DNA of 64,000 nucleotides from an uncultured virus (IMG/VR IMGVR_UViG_3300012936_000007) (lineage: Duplodnaviria; Heunggongvirae; Uroviricota; Caudoviricetes): IMG/VR virus record IMGVR_UViG_3300012936_000007; one strand, 5' to 3'. Numbering within the stretch: the stretch's first letter is position 1; every line of letters starts with the position of its first letter. This document shows, in pieces, positions 1-8,856 of this stretch. The position numbers were made by a program, and so were the translations under genes. The notes below the pieces were generated by a model that was given only the letters and a program-made list of their open reading frames with translations, did no database searches and was not told where the DNA came from.

Positions 1-13
1 TGAAATCATCAAA

Positions 14-358
14 ATGGTTGAACCTATTACTACTTATTCTAACGAAGGTTCAGAAGAGTATGTTATTGATACAGAACTTTTTGATGATACTGAGTCATTG
101 AAACTCAACCTAACAGAGTGGGAATCCCCAACTTACATTACGATTATTGGTACTGGTTTTATTACCAGTAAGTTCGAGGACAACGAAGGTGAGTATGGAT
201 ACATGAACTACAACATAAAGTCTATTCAGAAGACATGGTTACATGACAAGACTGGTAAGGTAACCAAGTATTCAGCACTTTACACTATGAAGTGTGGTGC
301 GAAATTTAACAACGATAAAGATGTAATGGATTATATTAAAGGCAAGGAGGCCGCATGA
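14..358 (+). CDS. hypothetical phage protein
   Basis: 114 aa ORF; overlaps the next ORF via ATGA; start may lie upstream of the window. Confidence 0.6.
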   Translation: MVEPITTYSNEGSEEYVIDTELFDDTESLKLNLTEWESPTYITIIGTGFITSKFEDNEGEYGYMNYNIKSIQKTWLHDKTGKVTKYSALYTMKCGAKFNNDKDVMDYIKGKEAA

Positions 359-690
359 ATATAAATGAAATGAATAAAAAGATTGACGAGTTGGATAACA
401 AATCTTGGGATATGGATTTGGTTATTGGAAAGGTCAATGACAAAACTAAGGAAATCAAGTATAATGATGTTCCTAGTAATATCTACATGGAAGTAGAAAA
501 TCTTGCAGAAGAAAACGGTATTAACATGGAAGACTTGGAATGGAAAATCAAAGAAGTCCGTGAGTGTGTAAACAAATTGGAATCTGCAATTTACGATTTA
601 GTTGAACCCTTTGAAGAAAAGAAAAGGGACTTCGACAATGAGAAAGAAGAACTAGAATGCGACTTAGAGGAGTTAAGATATGCTAGTTGA
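355..690 (+). CDS. hypothetical acidic coiled-coil protein
   Basis: AAGGAGG RBS just upstream; tight gene packing. Confidence 0.7.
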   Translation: MNINEMNKKIDELDNKSWDMDLVIGKVNDKTKEIKYNDVPSNIYMEVENLAEENGINMEDLEWKIKEVRECVNKLESAIYDLVEPFEEKKRDFDNEKEELECDLEELRYAS

Positions 691-1012
691 TGCAATACCA
701 TTTCTAAATGGTATACAGAAAAAATATAAGTTTGAGAACGGTTATGGTGCAAGTGTAGTGTGTCATGACGGTTCATACGGTGGGCCTTATAAACACGATT
801 GCGAGAACCTTTGGGAGATTGCAGTACTTGATAATAATGGAGACATTACTTATCACACACCTGTTACACAAGATGTCATTGGACATCAAACAGAAGAGGA
901 CGTGGAAAGGGTCTTAAAAGAAATAAGTGAACTGTTACCTATTTCCGAATACCAACTAGAATTGGAATTTGGAGAAGAACATCAGTCACAATGTGATGAG
1001 GGATTATTATGA
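680..1012 (+). CDS. conserved phage hypothetical protein
   Basis: F-E-N-G-Y-G-A-S-V ... S-Y-G-G ... W-E-I-A-V-L motif typical of a small phage family; GAGGAG RBS. Confidence 0.7.
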   Translation: MLVDAIPFLNGIQKKYKFENGYGASVVCHDGSYGGPYKHDCENLWEIAVLDNNGDITYHTPVTQDVIGHQTEEDVERVLKEISELLPISEYQLELEFGEEHQSQCDEGLL

Positions 1013-1209
1013 CAACGCATTATGAAATCTTGTCTAAGACAAGTGGTGGAAAACTTACACCTGAAGAAGTTTACAATCTAGAAAAGTATGGTGTTAAACA
1101 CCCAAGGGAGTTTGCACCTGAAGAAGAAATAACACTAAAAGAAAACGAGTGTATTTGTGGAACGATTAATTGTGATACAGAATACTCTTGTTATACATCG
1201 GGGTACTAA
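1009..1209 (+). CDS. hypothetical protein with Cys-rich C-terminus
   Basis: ATGA overlap; C-x-C-x4-C-x5-C. Confidence 0.6.
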   Translation: MTTHYEILSKTSGGKLTPEEVYNLEKYGVKHPREFAPEEEITLKENECICGTINCDTEYSCYTSGY

Positions 1210-1210
1210 A

Positions 1211-1300
1211 ATGAAACTTTTATTAATAAAAATTTTTATGGGAGTGATGATAATCGATGAATTTATTATTCTCGGTTTAATCGCAATCGGATTATTATGA
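1211..1300 (+). CDS. small hydrophobic peptide (29 aa, MKLLLIKIFMGVMIIDEFIILGLIAIGLL)
   Basis: Fills the gap exactly; ATGA overlap with the hydrolase start; below the ORF-track cutoff. Confidence 0.5.
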   Translation: MKLLLIKIFMGVMIIDEFIILGLIAIGLL

Positions 1301-1800
1301 AACATAAGTTAATCTATTTTATCCTAGGTGCATTCCTAGGATTTTTTACAGGTATGTTATCAATGCAGGTAAACGCATCAGATGAAAATGGTGATACAGT
1401 TTGTCTTGCAAAAAACATTTACTTTGAAGCAGGTAATCAACCTCTCGCAGGTAAAGTCGCAGTTGCACAGGTAGTGTTAAACAGAATGGAACATAGTTCC
1501 TATCCAAAAGATATTTGTGGTGTAGTGTATCAGGCAAAATGGATTGAGAATTGGAGAGGTAATATGGTTCCAGCCAGAAACCAGTGTCAATTCAGTTGGT
1601 TTTGTGATGGTAAATCAGACGAACCTTTAGATACGGATACTTTCTTTGACTCTTATGTAATTGCATCAGACGTTCTTATGGGTAAGTATCCTGATATTAC
1701 AGAAGGTGCGACACACTACCATGCGACAAGTGTATTACCATATTGGGCAGAATCACTCAATGAGACTGTAATTATCAACGAACATATATTTTATAAATGA
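1297..1800 (+). CDS. cell wall hydrolase, SleB/Hydrolase_2 family, with N-terminal signal or anchor
   Basis: CLAKNIYFEA, VAQVVLNR, ICGVVYQ, CQFSW, GATHYHA, HIFY motifs. Confidence 0.9.
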   Translation: MKHKLIYFILGAFLGFFTGMLSMQVNASDENGDTVCLAKNIYFEAGNQPLAGKVAVAQVVLNRMEHSSYPKDICGVVYQAKWIENWRGNMVPARNQCQFSWFCDGKSDEPLDTDTFFDSYVIASDVLMGKYPDITEGATHYHATSVLPYWAESLNETVIINEHIFYK

Positions 1801-2030
1801 TTGAACTTGCAAAATTACAAAACGGTGAATTAGTGTATGGACTTTATGAAGAGGTCGAAGATTACGCATATGAAAATGACACTTGCGTAGATAGATACCT
1901 TGACCACGTTGCACCATTCGTTGTACAAAAGAATTTCACTTATGTGGGAAAACAAATGGGTGACCCTTACTCAGTTTCCGTTCCATGGAATTACGAAAAA
2001 GGGGTTGCCGATGTTACAGATAAATGGTAG
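1797..2030 (+). CDS. hypothetical protein
   Basis: 77 aa ORF with ATGA overlap. Confidence 0.6.
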   Translation: MIELAKLQNGELVYGLYEEVEDYAYENDTCVDRYLDHVAPFVVQKNFTYVGKQMGDPYSVSVPWNYEKGVADVTDKW

Positions 2031-2033
2031 AAT
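2005..2033 (+). promoter_or_regulatory. sigma70-like early/middle promoter
   Basis: TTGCCG-17 nt-TAGAAT with a TG extended -10, immediately before ATG 2040. Confidence 0.5.
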
Positions 2034-2039
2034 AGAACT

Positions 2040-2588
2040 ATGAATTTATTTTATTTACACAATGACCCAGTAGTATCTGCAGAAATGCATTGCGATAAAC
2101 ACGTTGTCAAAATGATTATCGAGTATGCACAAATGTTATCTACTGCACATAGAATACTGGACGGTAAAGAATATATCAGTCAAACTTTAGGTGGTCGTAG
2201 AATCAAAAGGTGGAAATTAGAAGATTACACTATGGAAGATATGTTATACAAAGCTTCTCATATCAATCACCCTTCTACTCAATGGGTTCGTGAGAATGCA
2301 ATTCAGTATCAGTATGCATATGATATGTTTACTGCATTATGTGACGAATACACTTATCGTTATGGAAAGATTCATTTGACTGATTCAAAACTCAGATATT
2401 CACTAGACCAATTACCTAAGAATATTACACTAGGTGAATGGAGTGAACCACCTCAGTGTATGCCTGCAGACGTAAAAGTCCAAGGAGACAGTATAAATGC
2501 ATACCATAAATACTATGCAATCTACAAGAAAGATTTTGCGAAATGGACTGGAAGACCCGTCCCTAACTTTATGACAGAATATGCCTAG
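2040..2588 (+). CDS. pyrimidine-dimer DNA glycosylase / DenV-like family protein
   Basis: MNLFYL..DP...A..HCDKHVVKMIIEYAQMLSTAH and H.NHPST.W motifs. Confidence 0.75.
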   Translation: MNLFYLHNDPVVSAEMHCDKHVVKMIIEYAQMLSTAHRILDGKEYISQTLGGRRIKRWKLEDYTMEDMLYKASHINHPSTQWVRENAIQYQYAYDMFTALCDEYTYRYGKIHLTDSKLRYSLDQLPKNITLGEWSEPPQCMPADVKVQGDSINAYHKYYAIYKKDFAKWTGRPVPNFMTEYA

Positions 2589-2892
2589 ATACGATTTTTA
2601 TAATGAAGAGACTGGTGAACTGGTTGAATACACAATGTCATGGCGAGACCTTGACGATTTCAAACTAAACAATCCCCATCTTAAACAACAAGTTTCTGCA
2701 CCAAAAATTGTGGGTGGTGTTGGTGACCGTGTCAAAACAGATGCAGGATTTAAAGAAGTGTTATCTAACGTGGGTAAAGCATATCCAGGCTCTGAAGTGG
2801 ACAAAAGATACAATGGTGTTGATATAAAGAAACAGAAAAGTATTGACGTGATTAAAAAACATATGGACATACAGTCCAAGGGAAAGAAATGA
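2581..2892 (+). CDS. FmdB-like small phage protein (zinc-ribbon cysteines absent)
   Basis: MPRYDF.N.ETGE N-terminus; D.GFKEVL motif seen in T4-like marine phages. Confidence 0.55.
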   Translation: MPRYDFYNEETGELVEYTMSWRDLDDFKLNNPHLKQQVSAPKIVGGVGDRVKTDAGFKEVLSNVGKAYPGSEVDKRYNGVDIKKQKSIDVIKKHMDIQSKGKK

Positions 2893-3551
2893 ATCTCTCA
2901 ATAAATGATTTAGAAAAACTTCAAGAATCTATGACTCGTGTTTCTGAAGACGGTAAAAGATATTATCAAACACCTGAAGGTAATAAGTATCCAAGTGTAA
3001 CTACAGTTACAAGTCTACTCACTAAAGACCACATTAAGTTGTGGAGAAAACGAGTTGGTGAGGAAAAAGCAAATAAGATTTCTGCAGGTGCAGCTAAACG
3101 TGGTACAAGAATGCACAATATATTTGAAACATATCTTCGTGGAGAAGAACCAGTATTCTTTGATAACATTATGGAATCTTCAATGTTTGAAGCAGTTGTA
3201 CCCGTACTTGACAGCATTCTTCCTATCGCTCTTGAAGCAGGTATGTACAGTGATTCATTACAAATGGCAGGACAAGTTGATTGTGTTGGTGTATGGGACG
3301 ATGAACTTTGTATTATAGATTTCAAGACTAGTGCAAAACACAAAGAGGAATATATGGCAGAACCATGGTTCCACCAAATGACTGCATATGCAATTATGGT
3401 TGAAGAACTTACAGGTGAAGTTATAGACCAAATCATAGCAGTAGTTGCTGTTGACGGTGGTTTTTGTCAAGTGTTTGGAGCAGACCCTAGAGAGTATGTC
3501 GATAAACTTTATGGTCTAAGACAACAATATCGTAATTTACATGGAGTTTAA
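2889..3551 (+). CDS. PD-(D/E)XK exonuclease
   Basis: YPSVTT, RGT.MH, AG.VDC, IIDFKTS, Q..AYA motifs. Confidence 0.85.
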   Translation: MNLSINDLEKLQESMTRVSEDGKRYYQTPEGNKYPSVTTVTSLLTKDHIKLWRKRVGEEKANKISAGAAKRGTRMHNIFETYLRGEEPVFFDNIMESSMFEAVVPVLDSILPIALEAGMYSDSLQMAGQVDCVGVWDDELCIIDFKTSAKHKEEYMAEPWFHQMTAYAIMVEELTGEVIDQIIAVVAVDGGFCQVFGADPREYVDKLYGLRQQYRNLHGV

Positions 3552-3785
3552 ATGATTACTAAAAAAGAATTTACAGAACAAGTAGAAAAGGTTTTACTTA
3601 AATCAAAAACAGATGTCATGGATGCAATTATATCTGTATGCGAGAAAAACAATTTAGAACCTGAGTCTGCAAAGAGATTTATTTCACAACCACTAAAAGA
3701 AAAACTAGAAGCAGAAGCGACTGGTCTTAATATGGTAAATCGTGGTAAAATAAGTAAATCGAATTTAACTAGTTTTTTCGAATAG
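3552..3785 (+). CDS. gp33: late-promoter transcription co-activator gp33
   Basis: F...VE..., DAI...CE.N.LEPES....IS..LKEKL..EA..LN; position upstream of gp59/gp32. Confidence 0.85.
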   Translation: MITKKEFTEQVEKVLLKSKTDVMDAIISVCEKNNLEPESAKRFISQPLKEKLEAEATGLNMVNRGKISKSNLTSFFE

Positions 3786-3794
3786 GAGTATATT

Positions 3795-4076
3795 ATGAAA
3801 AAAGGTGACATAGTAACAGTTGTTGCAATCAGTGGAGAGTATGTTGGTAAACTAGTCTCTATGGAAGATGCAACTGTAGAACTTGAAAACCCAAGAATGA
3901 TTCTTTCAAATCCCCAAGACGGTTCTATGGGATTTGCAAAAGGATTAGCCGCAACTGGTGAAGAGAGTCCAACTAGTGCAGTGTTTCAACAGGTAGTGTT
4001 TGTTGTTCCTTCAAATGAGAAGGTTGCAAATGCACACTTAGAAGCAACTAGTGGTCTTACACTGGTGAAAGGGTAA
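3795..4076 (+). CDS. hypothetical protein (possible Sm-like beta-barrel)
   Basis: AGGAG RBS; GD.VTV...SGEYVGKL...L.NPR pattern. Confidence 0.6.
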   Translation: MKKGDIVTVVAISGEYVGKLVSMEDATVELENPRMILSNPQDGSMGFAKGLAATGEESPTSAVFQQVVFVVPSNEKVANAHLEATSGLTLVKG

Positions 4077-4666
4077 TGACAAGTCGTGATGGATATGATG
4101 CATATACTTTATACCTTGGTATAAAACTTCACTTCCATTCCGACTCATATGACTTTATAAAATATAATGGTAAAGTCAAATCAGATATAAACTCTTTTCT
4201 AAAACGAAAAGACAAATATCATTTTGGTAAGTTGTTTAAAAAATATAAACAAGACCTGCAAGATTTTTATGTTGCAAACTTATCACACAAAGATTATTGG
4301 GCAGGTGACCTGTTAGATGAAGAGTGTGATAAGAGATACAAAGAATGGAAGAAAAGGAATCAGAAACTTACATATATGTTTGAGACTGAAGTGTCCGACC
4401 TACTAAGAAAGAAACATATCAACAAAGTGTTGGAGTGTAAAAATGGTCAACACCCTATTCTTCTCAAACAGTATCTTGCGAAAAAGATTTCGTTAGAGAC
4501 ACTTTGTATCATGGACGATATTATTAATATGTGTGACCAAGAATGGAAACCATTAATATCGGAACAGATAGTTTATCCTGAAGTGCATAGGTTAATTAAA
4601 AAGTATAAAACATTTTTAACTTATGATTACCAAAAGTTTAGAACTACACTTATAGATTTATGTTAG
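4076..4666 (+). CDS. gp59: helicase loader gp59
   Basis: Y..YL.IKLHF....YDF.KYNGK...F..RKDKY.F.KL; HP.LLK.YL...ISLET. Confidence 0.9.
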   Translation: MTSRDGYDAYTLYLGIKLHFHSDSYDFIKYNGKVKSDINSFLKRKDKYHFGKLFKKYKQDLQDFYVANLSHKDYWAGDLLDEECDKRYKEWKKRNQKLTYMFETEVSDLLRKKHINKVLECKNGQHPILLKQYLAKKISLETLCIMDDIINMCDQEWKPLISEQIVYPEVHRLIKKYKTFLTYDYQKFRTTLIDLC

Positions 4667-5367
4667 AAGAAGTAACTATCCTAGGAAACGGCCCAAGTAG
4701 ATTAGGATTTGAATTTAATACAGACCACCCTGTTTGGGGTTGTAATGCAATTTACAGAGATACAGATGAATGCGATTTAGTTTTTGCAGTTGATATGCCT
4801 GTACAAAAAGAGATAGTCGAATCAGGATACTACAGAGACAATAAGGTTGCATTCGCAGATATAGACCCATTACCTTTAGAACTAATAGATATGTTTACAG
4901 GTGATTTTAACAACCCTGTAATCAGTATAAAGGAAGACGACTCACATTTTATCATTCAAGGAAATGATAGTAGAACAGATTTTTTGGGATTGAAGAATCC
5001 ACATTTAATAACAACATACAACGAACCAAGATTAAAAAACTTGATGACGGGAATGTCTGCATTAGGATATGCAATGACACTAGGTGTAAAAACTATCAAT
5101 TTGATTGGGTTCGATGGATTAGAATTTGAAGGGGAACCTTCAAATATTTACGAAGGTAGTGATAACTATCCGACTAAATATACAACTGAGGACGCTGTTC
5201 TACAAGTTCAACGTTCTCAGTTCATAGCACTATTAGAATGGTTCTATGGAAAAGGTTCATTATATTGGAAAAACCCTCTAGACAAAGAGGACGAAATCAA
5301 GTATAATGAATTATCTTATTATGAAAGTAGTGAGAGGTGGATTCTAGGCGAAGGTCTAGAGTCTTGA
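4660..5367 (+). CDS. hypothetical Rossmann-like protein (MptE/DUF115- or glycosyltransferase-like)
   Basis: ILGNGPSR, GCNAIYRD, AVD, LIGFD motifs. Confidence 0.55.
   Translation: MLEEVTILGNGPSRLGFEFNTDHPVWGCNAIYRDTDECDLVFAVDMPVQKEIVESGYYRDNKVAFADIDPLPLELIDMFTGDFNNPVISIKEDDSHFIIQGNDSRTDFLGLKNPHLITTYNEPRLKNLMTGMSALGYAMTLGVKTINLIGFDGLEFEGEPSNIYEGSDNYPTKYTTEDAVLQVQRSQFIALLEWFYGKGSLYWKNPLDKEDEIKYNELSYYESSERWILGEGLES
5279..5307 (+). promoter_or_regulatory. sigma70-like promoter for gp32
   Basis: TAGACA-17 nt-TATAAT about 110 nt upstream of gp32. Confidence 0.5.
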
Positions 5368-5417
5368 TACAATGCTAATACAATGCGATATAATTGTTAA
5401 TAAAATAGGAGAATACA

Positions 5418-6317
5418 ATGTCGAGTAGTTTAGATAAACTAAGAGCAGCTATGGAATCTGCTTCACCTTCTGAAGGTGCAAAAAAGTCCTATTCAGACGA
5501 CACAATGTGGAAACCTGAACTAGATAAAACTGGTAATGGTTACGCAGTGATTCGTTTCTTACCAACCCCTGATGGAGAAGAGATGCCTTGGGTATCATAC
5601 TTCGACCATGGTTTTCAAGGCCCTGGCGGGTGGTACATTGAGAAGTCTTTAACGACTCTTAATAAGAAAGACCCTGTAAGTGAATACAACACTTCGTTGT
5701 GGAATACTGGGATTGAAGCAAATAAAGAAATTGCGAGGAAACAAAAACGCAGACTGCATTATGTTTCTAACGTATATGTTGTTTCAGACCCTAAAAATCC
5801 TGATAACGAAGGGAAAGTGTTTAAATACAGATACGGTAAAAAAATCTTTGAGGCACTTAAAGAAGCAATCTCACCTGCATTTGAAGATGAGAAAGCAATT
5901 AATCCTTTCGACCTCAGAGACGAAGGTGCAAACTTCAAAATCAAAATTAGAAAAGTTGATGGTTATTGGAACTACGACAAATCTGAGTTTGATTCACAAG
6001 CACCATTGTTCGATAATGAAGAACAAATAAACTCAGTGTTTAGTCAAGTTCATTCTTTATCAGCCGTTATCGCACCCGAAGAGTTCAAGTCTTACGAAGA
6101 ACTCAAAGAGAAACTTGAAAGAGTTCTCGGTACAGTAGGGTCAACCTCAACTGCTGAATCAGTTGCAGAAGACTTAGAAGAAGTTCCATGGTCTAATGTA
6201 AACACTGCTTCAACAGCGAGTGAACCAGTAATCGAATCTGCAGAGGTATCTGCAGGAGTATCTGCTTCTTCTGAAGACGATGCAATGGATTACTTCAAGA
6301 AGTTAGCACAAGACTAA
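5418..6317 (+). CDS. gp32: single-stranded DNA-binding protein gp32
   Basis: W KPELDK.GNGYAVIRFLP, HGFQGPGGWYIE, YGKKIF, NYDKSEF; acidic tail ending YFKKLA. Confidence 0.97.
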   Translation: MSSSLDKLRAAMESASPSEGAKKSYSDDTMWKPELDKTGNGYAVIRFLPTPDGEEMPWVSYFDHGFQGPGGWYIEKSLTTLNKKDPVSEYNTSLWNTGIEANKEIARKQKRRLHYVSNVYVVSDPKNPDNEGKVFKYRYGKKIFEALKEAISPAFEDEKAINPFDLRDEGANFKIKIRKVDGYWNYDKSEFDSQAPLFDNEEQINSVFSQVHSLSAVIAPEEFKSYEELKEKLERVLGTVGSTSTAESVAEDLEEVPWSNVNTASTASEPVIESAEVSAGVSASSEDDAMDYFKKLAQD

Positions 6318-6325
6318 TTTCTGTT

Positions 6326-6495
6326 TGGGGTGCATAGGTTTATATCATGAGTATAATTGACGAGTCTATGCATTCACTGAGACCGTGGAAAAAGAACGTG
6401 GGGGTACTCAGTAAGGGTAAGGTTGACAGCAAAAAAGCGGGTCAATCGGTGCAGAGCGGGAAGCTGTAAGGCGAGGGGCGACTGACACACCTTTT
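6326..6495 (+). ncRNA. candidate structured RNA (four consecutive hairpins)
   Basis: GC-rich intergenic region. Stems: 6328-6338/6365-6375, 6376-6381/6407-6412, 6421-6427/6441-6447, 6448-6454/6482-6491. Confidence 0.4.
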
Positions 6496-6504
6496 AGGTT
6501 TATT

Positions 6505-7392
6505 ATGAAAAGTGAATATTACAAAAACGTTTTACCTTGGAATGAAAGTGAAAGGGTTATCGACCAGTTCGGTTGGAACCCACAATCAGTTATCACTCCT
6601 ACAAAATCATCTAAGAACAACTGGGACGATGCATATCTAACTGCATACGAAGAGAAGAGAGGAGTTTGTCCACGTCTTCCTAACGGTTTAATGATGTCTG
6701 AATTCCACGCAGGATTGTGTGAGAACATTGTTCATTATTGGAGTATGGTGGGTGATACAATCGTTGACCCATTTGCAGGAAGAATGACTCGTGCATTTGT
6801 ATCTGCAAGTTTAGGAAGAAACTATTATGGGTATGACGTATCTCCTGAAACAGTAGGAAAAGTTAGAGAGGAAATGGGAAGACATTCCTTTGACGGTCAT
6901 TACGATATTATAGAAAGTGACGGTTGTGAAATGTCTCATACAGATGACGAATGTGCAAACTTAGTTATGACTTGTCCACCTTACGGTGATATAGAAAGAT
7001 ACGAAAGTGCAGAGGGTCAATTATCAGACCTAAGAAAGTATGAAGACTTTTGTGAGAGGATACAAGTTTGTGGAGACAACATAGAAAGAGTTTTAAAACC
7101 AGGCGGATTTTGTGTTTGGGTATGTGGTGATTGGAGAAGAGACGGAGAGTACAAACCTTTTCATTCAGACACGATAAATATGTTCACTAAATCAGGACTC
7201 AAATTACATGATATAATTGTAATGAAGAATGATACTATATTTGCAGCTCTACAAGCAGGTAAATGTGCGAGTAAAAGATATACTGCAAAAGTTCATGAGT
7301 TCATTTTAGTGTTTAGAAAAGAAGGGGAACTAGAATATAGTTCAGATAAAATTAAAAATAAAGAGGAATCTCTAGAGAAGTTTTTTGCATAA
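6505..7392 (+). CDS. DNA amino-methyltransferase (N4-C/N6-A type)
   Basis: Motif I DPFAG precedes motif IV TCPPY; RVLKPGG; HEFILVFRK. Confidence 0.85.
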   Translation: MKSEYYKNVLPWNESERVIDQFGWNPQSVITPTKSSKNNWDDAYLTAYEEKRGVCPRLPNGLMMSEFHAGLCENIVHYWSMVGDTIVDPFAGRMTRAFVSASLGRNYYGYDVSPETVGKVREEMGRHSFDGHYDIIESDGCEMSHTDDECANLVMTCPPYGDIERYESAEGQLSDLRKYEDFCERIQVCGDNIERVLKPGGFCVWVCGDWRRDGEYKPFHSDTINMFTKSGLKLHDIIVMKNDTIFAALQAGKCASKRYTAKVHEFILVFRKEGELEYSSDKIKNKEESLEKFFA

Positions 7393-7631
7393 TGCCTAGT
7401 GTAACACCAAGATTTAATCATAAAAAGAAACAGACAGAATCGTTTGACCAAATGCTTAGACGATTTAAAAAACAATGTGACAACGCAGGTATTGTTCAGG
7501 AAGTTAGAGATAGACAATACTATATTAAACCTAACGAAAAGAAACATAAGAAGAACCAACAACAAACACGAAGAAATAAACTTGATGCAATCAAAAGAGA
7601 AAATCAAGGTCGTCCAAAACGATGGATATAA
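7392..7631 (+). CDS. rpsU: ribosomal protein bS21
   Basis: ESFDQMLRRFKKQCDNAGIVQEVRDRQYYIKP matches the S21 signature; basic tail. Confidence 0.9.
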   Translation: MPSVTPRFNHKKKQTESFDQMLRRFKKQCDNAGIVQEVRDRQYYIKPNEKKHKKNQQQTRRNKLDAIKRENQGRPKRWI

Positions 7632-7634
7632 ATT

Positions 7635-7832
7635 ATGACACAATGGCACGGTGGAAAGGGTTCACGGAGACGGAACTCAAACGAAGACAAATATGCAGAT
7701 GCGTGGGAACGTATCTTTGGTAAACCCGAGCCTAAAGTAAAAGAACACAAGAAAACCCCTAGACATGGACTTACCAAAGTTCATAAAGACAAAACCAAAT
7801 ACGACAGAAAAAAAGGATATGAAAAAGAGTAA
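7635..7832 (+). CDS. small basic hypothetical protein
   Basis: GGKGS.RR ... W.RIFG ... HKDKTKYDRK. Confidence 0.65.
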   Translation: MTQWHGGKGSRRRNSNEDKYADAWERIFGKPEPKVKEHKKTPRHGLTKVHKDKTKYDRKKGYEKE

Positions 7833-7843
7833 TAAATACTCTT

Positions 7844-8275
7844 ATGTCGTACAAAGGTAGATTCCGTCCAAAAAACAGTAAGAAGTATAAAGGAGACCCC
7901 ACTAAGGTCTTCTATCGTTCTCTATGGGAACGTAGGTTTATGCATTATTGTGACACTACACCTTCTATTCTAGAATGGAATAGTGAAGAGATTATTATCC
8001 CATACGTTTCCCCTTTAGACAATAAAATACACCGATACTTCCCTGACTTCTATATCAAAGTAAGAAACGTATCAGGTAAGGTCAGACATGAAATCATTGA
8101 AGTTAAACCTAAACGACAATGTCAACCACCCAAAAAACCCAAAAGACAAACTCAAAAGTATCTAAGAGAGGTTGCAACCTACGGAGTAAATCAAGCAAAA
8201 TTTAAGGCTGCAGAAGAATACTGTAAAAATCGCAAATATAATTTTAGGATATTAACTGAAGAACATCTAACTTAG
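7844..8275 (+). CDS. gp4: head completion nuclease gp4 (TnsA-like)
   Basis: YKGRF.P.N..KY.GDP...YRSLWE, W.SEE..IPY.SP.D...HRYFPDF, IEVKP. Confidence 0.92.
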   Translation: MSYKGRFRPKNSKKYKGDPTKVFYRSLWERRFMHYCDTTPSILEWNSEEIIIPYVSPLDNKIHRYFPDFYIKVRNVSGKVRHEIIEVKPKRQCQPPKKPKRQTQKYLREVATYGVNQAKFKAAEEYCKNRKYNFRILTEEHLT

Positions 8276-8276
8276 T

Positions 8277-8284
8277 TATAAATA
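8277..8284 (+). promoter_or_regulatory. T4 late promoter
   Basis: TATAAATA just upstream of gp2. Confidence 0.8.
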
Positions 8285-8289
8285 GTAAT

Positions 8290-8856
8290 ATGTCCAACAT
8301 ATTTGAAGATTTAACTAAACTAAAACCACAAGAGTATGCAAGAGAAAGTCAACTCGCACTAGAATGGTTTAGAACAAATATCAGAAGAATCTTTGATAGA
8401 AGGATGAATGAAAAGGTTTACTTTGATGGAACTAAGGTAGGAACCATAGTAGAAGGAAATATGTATATGATGTTCTATGATGCAAAGTGGAAAAGAACAC
8501 TTCCATGGTATGATAGATTTCCTTTAATAATTCCTTTTGATAAAAGGTCAGTTGATGATGGATTTTTAGCAATTAACCTACATTACATTCCACCAATGGC
8601 AAGACAAGGATTACTTGAAGAGTTATATAAGTATCCGACTGAAGACGGAGTAATGATAGATTATCAATACTTTAAAGCAGTTCCTGCTTTACGTTCTGCA
8701 ATGCCATGCGTAAAGAGGTATCTTTATAGTAATATTAAAAGAGTACCATTACAGGTACAAAAGGAATATTGGGACGTAGCTTCAATGTTACCAACTGCAG
8801 ACTTTGGTAATGTTAATACAAATACAGTATATGCAAATTCTAGGAAACAAATATGA
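8290..8856 (+). CDS. gp2: DNA end protector gp2
   Basis: G.MY.MFYDAK....LPWYDRFPL, INLHYIPP, PC.KRYL. Confidence 0.88.
   Translation: MSNIFEDLTKLKPQEYARESQLALEWFRTNIRRIFDRRMNEKVYFDGTKVGTIVEGNMYMMFYDAKWKRTLPWYDRFPLIIPFDKRSVDDGFLAINLHYIPPMARQGLLEELYKYPTEDGVMIDYQYFKAVPALRSAMPCVKRYLYSNIKRVPLQVQKEYWDVASMLPTADFGNVNTNTVYANSRKQI

Noticed and set aside
2889..3551. Exonuclease as Cas4 or a sign of a CRISPR system
   Set aside because: It lacks the four-Cys Fe-S cluster pattern and is a standard T4-like phage PD-(D/E)XK nuclease
6326..6495. tRNA, tmRNA or RNase P identity for the structured spacer
   Set aside because: No T-loop GTTCRA, CCA end, tag reading frame or GAGGAAAGTCC signature recognised; kept only as an unknown RNA candidate
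7844..8275. TnsA-like nuclease as a transposon
   Set aside because: Sequence and position next to gp2 identify it as head completion protein gp4; no transposon ends or other tns genes
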